64,000 nucleotides of DNA, from NCBI GenBank assembly GCA_964411505.1, contig CAYPLH010000004.1, forward strand, positions 2,954 to 66,953. The letters are read 5' to 3'. Source of the stretch: an uncultured Clostridiaceae bacterium. GTDB lineage: Bacteria > Bacillota > Clostridia > CAYPLH01 > DUMO01. The translations under genes were made by a program, and so were the position numbers. This document shows, piece after piece, positions 46,759-56,200 of the stretch. Numbering within the stretch: position 1 is the first letter of the stretch; every line of letters starts with the position of its first letter. Below the pieces are notes generated by a model. The model worked only from the letters and a program-made list of their open reading frames with translations. It was not told the DNA's origin and did not search any database.

Positions 46759-48993
46759 ATGGGCTATATACAAAAAAAATATATAAGAATTACAGCAATG
46801 AAAATGATAATGATATATTTATTCCTGATTGTTTTGATGCAGTTAGCTATTCCAACTGTCACATTAGCAGCTATGGAGAATTTACCATACGGATACAAAA
46901 GAATAGCAGAGACTAGTAGCCTCATATTATATTGCAATGAACAGATGGGAGCTATTGCTGTTGAAAATCGGCGTAGTGGATATATATGGAAATCAATTGT
47001 GGATGATAATGTTTATGATATTACAAGTACTAATCCCCGTTGGCAGTCACAAATGACTTCGATGCTTATACTTAACTATGTTAATGTTGATGTAGGTGAG
47101 GGTAACTTGATGCAAGCTTGTTCAGCTACTGATGCAAAAGTTATCAGTTTTGATTACACTGATAATGGAATAACTCTAACCTACAGTTTTGACGCAACAA
47201 AAATCAGAGTTACCCTAGAAGTGAAGCTGGAGGATAACACTGTGATTTACCGCATACCGGCGGAAAAAATTATAGAGGGCGGAGATATGGGGGTTGTCAG
47301 CGTTGAACTTATGCCTTTTTTTGGTACTGCTGATCACAAGATAGATGGGTATATGCTTTATCCTGATGGGAGTGGGGCTCTTACAAAGTATGCGAACATA
47401 AAAAAACGTCCATTGAAAACCATGGAATACACATGGGATGTGTATGGTCCTAAAAAGGTGAACTTAATAGAATACGAAAAAAGAGAAAAGACTCAAAAAT
47501 ACCATGCCATGCTTCCAATCTATGGAATAAAAAATGGCTCTAATGCAATCCTTGCAGCTGTTTGCCAGGGTATTGAAGATACCAGCATAAATTTTAGTCC
47601 CGAAAGGTTTGCGGTAAACTTAAATCGTATCTTTTTTGAGTTCACCTATAGGCACTTATATAATATCAACCTTTCGAATATAACCGTTGATGGCAAAAGT
47701 GTTTCCAAGATTCCTGTAGGGATACGTGTAGATAAAGAGATGATAAAAGAAGATAGGGAAGTAAGAATGTTTTTCCTTGATGGAGAGAAAGCCAACTATA
47801 GCGGTATGGCTGATGTATACCGTAAATATCTGATAGAGAATAACCTGATAAGAAAAGTTATTGGAAATGAAGATGTCATACCTCTCGGACTGAGCTTATT
47901 TATGGGGATTAAGGAGGAGAGGATTCTTCTAGATAAGTTTATTTCTATGACTTCTTTTCTTAATGCAATCGAAATCAGCCAGGAATTTAAAAAGGCAGGG
48001 GTGGATAAGCTACAGGTAATGCTTAATGGTTGGACTAAAGGAGGTCATGGCTTATACCCCATTAATTGGCCACCTGATAAGCGGTTAGGAGGGAAAAGCG
48101 GACTTAAAAAGTATGTTGATTATTCGTCAAATAATAACATACAGCTGTTTTTTCAAAACAACTTTATTAAAGCTTTAGCTAAAAATGGTGGATTTTCAAC
48201 AAGAAAAGATGTAGTGATTCATGGGGGCAATACACCAGTTACAGACTTAGAAGAAAAGCAATTTCTTTTAAATCCCTCTGCAGCACTCCGTAGAGTATTA
48301 AACCTGCTGGGATCCTTCAGGGATGTGGAAGAGACAGGTGTAGCGATGGATGGAATAGGTGCAATTATATATCATGATTATAACAGGACGAATCCTTCCA
48401 GCAGAGTTGAGACAGTACGAAAATGGATAGAGATGATGGAGACGGCTCAAAAGGAAAATAGAAGCATTGCAGTAGAAGGTGGAAACCAGTACGTTCTTCG
48501 GTATGCTGATCGGTTATATAACATACCGATAAAAAGCTCTGATTATCATATAACCGACGAAACGGTACCTTTTTATCAGATGGTGGTCCATGGAATGATC
48601 CCATATACAGCAGAGCCTGGCAACCTGTCAAGTGATCTTACAGCTACAAAGCTAAAATGGATTGAGTACGGATGTATGCCATATTTCGAACTGACATACC
48701 AGAGATCGGTTAACTTAAAAAACACAGAATACAATATTTTGTTTACTTCATATTATCTTGACTGGCTGAGAACTGCTACTGATATTTATGAGGAGTTAAA
48801 CAATAAGTTGAAAGGTTTGTGGGGTCAGCCTATTATAACGCATGATAAGATGGGTGAAAATATATATCGGGTCAAGTATGGGAACGATACATTAGTATAT
48901 ATAAACTATAACAAGCGTGACATAATATGCGATGGTTACACAATAGAAGCACAGAATTATCTAGTGGTTGAAAAAGGAGGGACAATCAGATGA
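46759..48993 (+). CDS. Large secreted protein of unknown function, possibly DUF5696-like with a glycoside-hydrolase-like fold
   Basis: It has an N-terminal signal/anchor. No catalytic motif was recognised. The assignment rests on my recollection that DUF5696 proteins accompany Yip1 proteins and giant SBPs in Paenibacillus/Clostridia loci. Its stop overlaps the next permease start (ATGA). Confidence 0.5.
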   Translation: MGYIQKKYIRITAMKMIMIYLFLIVLMQLAIPTVTLAAMENLPYGYKRIAETSSLILYCNEQMGAIAVENRRSGYIWKSIVDDNVYDITSTNPRWQSQMTSMLILNYVNVDVGEGNLMQACSATDAKVISFDYTDNGITLTYSFDATKIRVTLEVKLEDNTVIYRIPAEKIIEGGDMGVVSVELMPFFGTADHKIDGYMLYPDGSGALTKYANIKKRPLKTMEYTWDVYGPKKVNLIEYEKREKTQKYHAMLPIYGIKNGSNAILAAVCQGIEDTSINFSPERFAVNLNRIFFEFTYRHLYNINLSNITVDGKSVSKIPVGIRVDKEMIKEDREVRMFFLDGEKANYSGMADVYRKYLIENNLIRKVIGNEDVIPLGLSLFMGIKEERILLDKFISMTSFLNAIEISQEFKKAGVDKLQVMLNGWTKGGHGLYPINWPPDKRLGGKSGLKKYVDYSSNNNIQLFFQNNFIKALAKNGGFSTRKDVVIHGGNTPVTDLEEKQFLLNPSAALRRVLNLLGSFRDVEETGVAMDGIGAIIYHDYNRTNPSSRVETVRKWIEMMETAQKENRSIAVEGGNQYVLRYADRLYNIPIKSSDYHITDETVPFYQMVVHGMIPYTAEPGNLSSDLTATKLKWIEYGCMPYFELTYQRSVNLKNTEYNILFTSYYLDWLRTATDIYEELNNKLKGLWGQPIITHDKMGENIYRVKYGNDTLVYINYNKRDIICDGYTIEAQNYLVVEKGGTIR

Positions 48994-49880
48994 AAAAGAT
49001 CAAATTGAACATGAAAGGAAAGCATATCTTGGAAGGTTATGTTTTTGTGCTTCCACTTATTATAGGGACATCAGCGTTCTTTCTCTTCCCACTATATATA
49101 TCAATAAAATTGAGCTTTGGTCATTTAATAAAAATGGCTGGATTTCAAATTGAATGGAGTGGGGTGCAAAATTATCTGCGGGCATTTATTATTGATGCAA
49201 ACTTTGTGCCAATGTTTTTAAAAGTAGTTAATCAGGTCTTTACAAGAGTTCCGCTTATTATAATATTTTCATTGCTGCTGGCTATACTGCTGAACAAAGA
49301 TATAAAGTGCAGAGGCTTTTTCCGTACAGTATTCTTCATACCATTTCTCTTAGGGACGGGAGAAGTTATGAAGCAACTGCTGGGACAGGATGTTGATAAA
49401 CAGGTTGTCTCTCTTGCGGATGGAACTCTTATTCCAAGGGAATTTCTGATATACCTTGGTTCAAACGTAGTAAACGCCATAGACAGCTTTTTTGGAGTGA
49501 TTGTGCTGGTTTTATGGAACTCAAGCGTGCAGATCCTATTGTTCTTATCAGGTCTTCAGAGCATACCAGCTCCTCTGTATGAATCCTCAAAAGTTGATGG
49601 AGCAACAGGTTGGGAAATGTTTTGGAAGATCACACTTCCTATGATTTCTCCCATAATGCTGTTAAATATCATTTATACCATTGTAGATTCATTTACAGAT
49701 ATAACAAACCCAATTCTGCCATATATCCAAAATCATGCTTTCAGTCGTATGATGTTTGAGTATGCAGCAGCTATGGGGTGGATATACTTTGCATTTATTA
49801 TTCTGCTTGTATTGTTAGTTATAGGAATAATGAACCGCTTTACACATATGACAGAGATCAAGGAGAGGGTAAAGTCCTAG
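48990..49880 (+). CDS. Carbohydrate ABC transporter permease
   Basis: An AAAGGAGGG RBS, the EAA loop LYESSKVDGATGWEMFWKITLPMISP, and multiple TM segments. Confidence 0.85.
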   Translation: MKKIKLNMKGKHILEGYVFVLPLIIGTSAFFLFPLYISIKLSFGHLIKMAGFQIEWSGVQNYLRAFIIDANFVPMFLKVVNQVFTRVPLIIIFSLLLAILLNKDIKCRGFFRTVFFIPFLLGTGEVMKQLLGQDVDKQVVSLADGTLIPREFLIYLGSNVVNAIDSFFGVIVLVLWNSSVQILLFLSGLQSIPAPLYESSKVDGATGWEMFWKITLPMISPIMLLNIIYTIVDSFTDITNPILPYIQNHAFSRMMFEYAAAMGWIYFAFIILLVLLVIGIMNRFTHMTEIKERVKS

Positions 49881-49935
49881 GATGAGTATTAGGATTGAAG
49901 AATTCAATAGCTTGGTACATATATAATAGAAAGGA

Positions 49936-50943
49936 ATGTTTGCTGTTATGAAAGAAGGAATGGTTAGTACAGAAAAAAAAAGAATTCTGCAAGAGATAAA
50001 TATACCATTATTGGCTAAAGTACATGAGTGGTTTAAAACTCCAAAGCGGGTTAGCGAGAAAATTGTAAGGATGGGGATGTATGTTCTGATTATTGACCTT
50101 GCCTTCGTCTTCATATTTCCTTTCCTGTTTATGCTTGTCACTTCACTCAAAACTAATACAGAATTGTATGACATCACAGTCAATTGGGTACCCAAGACAC
50201 TAAAGTTCGAAAACTATATCATAGCTTTTCGTGCGCTGGATTATGCAATTTATTCGAAGAACTCTCTAATGATTACTATAATGGCAACTATCGGTCATTT
50301 GCTTTCTTGCTCATTTATAGGGTATGGTCTTGCACGGTATCAGTTTCCAGGCAAGAAAATTCTAATTTTTGTTGTTATTATTGCAATGATTGTTCCTGTA
50401 CAGACCATCATTGTACCATTGTATATAGTATTCGCAAACTTGAAGTGGCTTAACACCTACCTTCCTGTCATTGTGCCCACTTTCTTCGGATATGGGCTTA
50501 AGGGGTCGCTTTTTTTGCTTGTTTTCAGACAGTTTTATTTAGGACTTCCTAAGGAACTGGAGAATGCTGCGAAGATCGATGGTTGCGGTTTTATAATGAC
50601 TTATTGGAGGATAGCTCTACCTATAGCACGATCAGCTTTTCTGGTTACATTGCTACTATCTCTGGTATGGCACTGGAATGATTTTTATGAACCGGCAATC
50701 TATGCTTCCAAGCCTTCGCAGATAACTTTGCCAGCTAGACTTAATGAACTAGTTGCTATGGTCAACCGTCCACCAGAGGGATTGTTTGATGAGATGGCAT
50801 TGGCAGATGGAGAAAGCACAGTTAATAATGCAGTGCTTATGGCGGGGATATGTATGGTTGTCATGCCAGTAATTGCTGTTTTTGCAACCTTGCAAAAAAA
50901 GTTTATGCAGGGGATTGAAAGGACAGGACTTACTGGAGAATAG
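49936..50943 (+). CDS. Carbohydrate ABC transporter permease
   Basis: The EAA loop is ELENAAKIDGCGFIMTYWRIALPIA, with multiple TM segments. The start codon is uncertain (49936 or 49948). Confidence 0.85.
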   Translation: MFAVMKEGMVSTEKKRILQEINIPLLAKVHEWFKTPKRVSEKIVRMGMYVLIIDLAFVFIFPFLFMLVTSLKTNTELYDITVNWVPKTLKFENYIIAFRALDYAIYSKNSLMITIMATIGHLLSCSFIGYGLARYQFPGKKILIFVVIIAMIVPVQTIIVPLYIVFANLKWLNTYLPVIVPTFFGYGLKGSLFLLVFRQFYLGLPKELENAAKIDGCGFIMTYWRIALPIARSAFLVTLLLSLVWHWNDFYEPAIYASKPSQITLPARLNELVAMVNRPPEGLFDEMALADGESTVNNAVLMAGICMVVMPVIAVFATLQKKFMQGIERTGLTGE

Positions 50944-51147
50944 TGAAACCATGACAAACAGAATTAAATCTTTCTTTTTGCATGGCAAAGCTAAAAATTG
51001 TAGTAAGGAATTCTTACTTATTGAATGCTTATGCACAGATTGAAGCTTCAAAAATTTCCATAGTGATGTTAAGATGTGATTGCATAAATTTAGTTCTACT
51101 ATTTTAATATTAATAAAAAATCTGTTAAGAATTAAGGAGGAAATTTT

Positions 51148-52827
51148 ATGTTCATGAAGAAAAAGATGTTACTTATCTTGATTACCTTGGTGCTTTCATT
51201 GAGTGTGCTTTTTACATCCTGTGTTGTGAAAGACAATGAGGAACTTGAAACAAAAAGCACTGAAAACATTGAGGAAAAGACTGAGGATCCACTAGTAAAT
51301 CCACCGGGGCGGTTTCCTGTATGCAAAGAAAAGATAACTATGACTGTGGGCATGCCAATGCATCCTAATGTAAAGGATTACGAAACTAATGAACTGACAA
51401 AATGGCTCAAGGAAAAAACTAATATTGATTTTGTATTCGATTTATACACAAGTAGTGAGGCAACTCAGAAATTGCAGATGATGATTGCTGGAGGAGCACA
51501 ACTTCCCGAAGTAGTATTAGGTATTAGTTTTACTAACTTGGAAATAGCTTCTTTTGCAAATCAGGGAACCATCGTTCCATTGACAGAATATTATGAAAAG
51601 TATGGTTTATGGACTAAGGAAATGCTATCTAAAGCTAATAATGATAAATTGAAGGAGCTGCTTACAGCCCCCGACGGCAATATTTACGTCATTCCCAAAT
51701 ATGCTGAGCAACTAGGAAATGAATGGTCATTAAGGAGCTGGATCAACAAATCCTGGCTAGATAACCTAGGTCTTGAAATGCCAAGAACAACCGACGATTT
51801 TTATAGTGTGCTCAAGGCTTTCAAAACAAATGATCCGAATGGAAACGTAAGCGAGGATGAAATTCCTTTTGTAGGTAGTAGAAATGGATGGAGGCAGCAG
51901 ACATATGATTTTATTCTAAATGCCTTCATATATAATGATACTATAAACCGATATATCGTCAATGATGGAAAGCTTGATGTGGCTTATAATAAAACTCAAT
52001 GGAGAGATGGGCTGAAATACCTGAACAAGCTCACCTCTGAGGAACTTATGAGTCCTTTGAGTTTCACCCAAAATAACCAGCAGTTCAAACAGATGTTTGG
52101 AACTTCAGGCCCAGCAACTATAGGAGTTTTTACAGCGGGGTCAACAGCTGCTGTTCTTGGAGCTACAGATGAGAGAATAGCTCAGTATGAGCCGTTACCA
52201 CCACTGAAGGGTCCTGATGGAGACGAGTGGGCTGCTCATTTCCCGACAATGCCATTTAACTTTTTCATAGTAACAAAAGAGTGTAAACATCCCCTAGCTG
52301 CTTTCCTCTGGGGAGATCTAATGTTAAGTGAGGAATCAGCTATGCGTTCTCGCTGGGGTGTGCCTGGTGTAGATTGGTTGGAGCCTGTAGCTGGAGAAAA
52401 AGGGATGTACGAGAATATGGGTTATAAGGCAAAGCTAAAACCGATTTTACCATGGGGTTCAGCACAGAATTCGCATTGGAATGAAATGAATCCTACCTTC
52501 AGAACTTTTGAATTTGCTGACGGGCAGGTATGGAACGGAAATATTCTTGATGGGGAGTACCGTGTATCAATGTCAGTGCCCCTATATATAGGAAAAGCAC
52601 CTAAAGAAATTGTATATGACTTGATTTTTACTGAAGCCGAGGTGGGTCAGATTACAGAAATAAACAGTAATCTTAAAAACTATGTTCAGGATAATATTGT
52701 AAGGTTCAGTACAGGAGATAGAAGGATAGAGAGTGAATGGGATGCTTATGTTAACGAGTTTGAAAAGCTAGGTCTTAAGCAGTATTTGGAAATATCCCAA
52801 AAGGCATATGACCGTATGAACCAATAA
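51148..52827 (+). CDS. Lipoprotein ABC solute-binding protein (LplA-like, ~560 aa)
   Basis: An AAGGAGG RBS, the lipobox LFTSC, and a length and composition typical of large family-1 SBPs of CUT1 systems. Confidence 0.85.
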   Translation: MFMKKKMLLILITLVLSLSVLFTSCVVKDNEELETKSTENIEEKTEDPLVNPPGRFPVCKEKITMTVGMPMHPNVKDYETNELTKWLKEKTNIDFVFDLYTSSEATQKLQMMIAGGAQLPEVVLGISFTNLEIASFANQGTIVPLTEYYEKYGLWTKEMLSKANNDKLKELLTAPDGNIYVIPKYAEQLGNEWSLRSWINKSWLDNLGLEMPRTTDDFYSVLKAFKTNDPNGNVSEDEIPFVGSRNGWRQQTYDFILNAFIYNDTINRYIVNDGKLDVAYNKTQWRDGLKYLNKLTSEELMSPLSFTQNNQQFKQMFGTSGPATIGVFTAGSTAAVLGATDERIAQYEPLPPLKGPDGDEWAAHFPTMPFNFFIVTKECKHPLAAFLWGDLMLSEESAMRSRWGVPGVDWLEPVAGEKGMYENMGYKAKLKPILPWGSAQNSHWNEMNPTFRTFEFADGQVWNGNILDGEYRVSMSVPLYIGKAPKEIVYDLIFTEAEVGQITEINSNLKNYVQDNIVRFSTGDRRIESEWDAYVNEFEKLGLKQYLEISQKAYDRMNQ

Positions 52828-52884
52828 ATAACTTTGTTACCCACTCTTATTCTCAATAAGAGATTGGGAAATAAGGTGAGGATT

Positions 52885-53246
52885 AAACAGCTGATGAAGG
52901 GTAAATTGCACTTGCTCTCGTTGAGTGGGGTACGTTCGCTTTACTATTGAAAGATGTTATAAATGGTAACGTACATACCCCATTTTATATCTGTTTTAAT
53001 ACTTACAGGTATGATACTCCAGATATTGAATTCTAGGGTAGGTTTGTATGGAACCATTAATCAGCTCGTTTTTTGAAATTACCCAGCAGATATTATTGCT
53101 AATCCAAATTCGTTAATGCATATTTTTGTTTTGTCTGGAATATGGCAGAATGCAGGATGGTAATCAATAAAATATATGGCTTTATTAACAACAACAGGTT
53201 ATAAGTCGTATGAAGCCGCAAAAATATATGGTGGCTACTCGGCTAT
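52885..53246 (+). pseudogene. Decayed remnant of an LplB-type ABC permease gene
   Basis: Translated fragments in different frames or broken by stops match successive parts of LplB-like permeases. They are KQLMKGKLHLLSLSGV, VTYIPHFISVLILTGMILQILNSRVGLYGTINQL and LSGIWQNAGW*SIKYMALLTTTGYKSYEAAKIYGG. The central part of the gene is missing. Confidence 0.65.
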
Positions 53247-53289
53247 AATGGGTTAATAAAAAAAATATTTAGAAAGGAGTTGTTGTCAA

Positions 53290-56200
53290 GTGAAAAAGAT
53301 ATTGTTATGTTTTTTAATATTATGTATGTTGATAACAAATGTTTTTCTACTGAGAATACCATTATTCACAGCTACAGTTCTAGCTGCAGACGTAAGCTTT
53401 AGTCCAGTTGTGGATACATATGTACAATCTACAGATGATTCTGATAATCCTCCTAATCATTCTGCGGAAGTTTTAATTAGATTGAGGAATGCCCCTCCGC
53501 AGAATCCAACTGGATTTTTAGCGGAATCATTCCTCAGATTCGAAGTAACAGGCTTAGGTGATGAAGATGCAGTTAAGAGTGCAGAAATAATACTGTATTG
53601 TACATCAGTGTCTGGCACAAATGGTAAAACCTATTTGTACGGAATAGAAGATGAATGGGAAAGCGGAACAATCAGTTGGAATAATAGGCCGAACTCAGCT
53701 AATGGTGTTTTAATTGCTGAGGTAAATAATGATGAGTCAATATCAGCAGGACAAACAATAATATTTGACGTATCTTCGTATATAACAGACAATGGTACTT
53801 ACTCATTCTTACTTAGGACAGAAAATGGTCCGGTAATTACTATTGCATCTTCTGAAAATGCACATGCTGATTGGAGGCCTATAATGAGAATTAATTACAC
53901 AGAAGCAGGGTCACCCGGAGATTCGGAACCGCTTTATCCTGTACATAATCCTTTTAGACCCTTACCAGAAGGAATTGACCCTCAAAATGAATATGCAAGG
54001 TATGGATACCTTGATGTAACTCTTTACGGAGCTGATCCTACGGGTACAAGAGATTCAACTGTTGAATTACAGAATGCGATTGATGCTGCGTATGAAAACA
54101 AAATGGTGGTATTTTTCCCGTCAGGTACCTATTTGATATCCGATACATTAAAAATGATGAGAGTAATGGATCCGGATGGCTTCAGAACAAGAAAGGGGCA
54201 TGTGTTGGAAGGATCAATGGTAGGTCCGCGACCGATTATTAAACTGAGGGATAATTCACCCGGGTTTAATGATCCCTCTGTAGAACATACAGAACCTTAC
54301 GCACCAACAACAACTAAGGCAGTACTTCACTTCTGGACTGCGAAAAATGCGTCAAATCCCAATCCTGAGAATGAAGATGGCTCGAACGATTATAATCAAG
54401 TAATCAGGGGCATAGACATTGATCTTGGAAATGGTAATTCCGGAGCTGTAGCTGTAAGACATAGAGGAGCCGAAGGAACAAATATGCAGGATGTAAAGAT
54501 TAATGCAACAGGAGCATTTGCAGGCATATACAGTCTTATAGGAAGTGGAGGCAGTATAGTTAATGTAGAGATCATTGGAGGTAAATATGGTATCTACGCA
54601 ACTCATACGCAACCGATGCCGACTGTTGTAGGTATCAAGATGTTGGGACAGACAGATAAAGCAATATATTATAGAGGGATGACACCACTAAACATAGTAG
54701 GTTTTGAAATACAAAAAAGCAAAGGACCTATAGCATATGTTTTTAAGGATCCAAAATCTCAAGAATCATTCGGTAATATAGCCCTGATTGATGGAAAAAT
54801 TGAGTTAATCGATGGGGATGAGAATGATGCAATCATAGAAAATACTGATCGGATGGTGTATTTGAAAAATGTTTATGTGAAGAATGCGGGAAAAATCGTA
54901 ACTAGCACCTTTGATAATTCATCATTAACAGTAGACAATCATGCTGTGTGGAATAAGGTGGAAGAGTACGCATATAGCAAAGATAACTTCCCGGACAATA
55001 GCAAAATTATATATGGAGAGTATAAAAACGAACCGTATGTTAGTTTAGTCAACGGATCTGAGAAACCACCTTCGGATTTGATATCAAGACATATGTGGGA
55101 TAAGAGTTATTGGTCATTTGAAGAAGAAGGTGTTATCAATGTGGAAGACTTCGGGGCTAAAGGAGATGGTGTGACAGATGACACACAGGCCATTCGTAAT
55201 GCGATTGCAGCGGGAGACAAAGTATTCATACCTCGGGGCAATTATAAAGTTTCCGGAACCATAAAGCTGAACGAGCATACCAAGCTATTTGGGATTGCAA
55301 GACATTTGACTTCACTGGAACCCCTAGGTTGGTCTGCAGAGGAGAATACTCCGATCATAGAAAGTGCGGACTCTAAAGACTCGACAAATGTACTGGCTAA
55401 TATGAAGATTGAGCTTTACCGCACAAGAGATAAAATATATGCCATAAAATGGATGGCGGGTAGAAACTCTATTGTAAACAGTGTGTGGATATGCTGGGAC
55501 TTTGACCCTAATTCAACTTCGCCTAATGTTCTACAAAGAGTGATTATAACAGGAAATGGTGGAGGAAGGTGGTACAATCATACAAGTGAGATTGGCTGGA
55601 ACACTAACCCAGAGGGACACAGAAGCGTTTTGATAGATGGAACCACCGAACCGTTAACCTTCTATATGTTTCATAATCAACACATCAAATCTGATAGTAT
55701 TAGTGAAGTAAAAAATGCTTCTAATGTAACTTTTTATGGGGTGAAAACAGAAACTCAAACCACAGGGGATCCACATAATAAGAATAACCCAAACTCACCA
55801 TGGCCATTATCTTTGAAAATATCAAATTCATCAAATATTCAGATATTTGGTTATTCAGGTTTAGGGCAGGCAAAAGAAGACAGGGGATTATTTGAGATTT
55901 TTGATTCTGTAAATGTAACAGTTGCTAATATGGCTCGTTGGGGCCCCACCCAATATGAATTAGATGAATGGTATTATATAAAAGTTTCTAAAAATGGTGT
56001 AACAAAAGGAATACATGCTAACACACCAGTAAATCTTATGAAGATTGGTGAGGAAATTTGGGAAATAGCGCCGGACACCGAACCTCCTGTCTTTGTAAGC
56101 GGCAGCCTTACAGCATCTAATGTAACACAGAGTTCACTTACCCTTAACTGGCCTGTAGCAATAGATAATGTTGGAACAACTGGCTATGAGGTTTATATGA

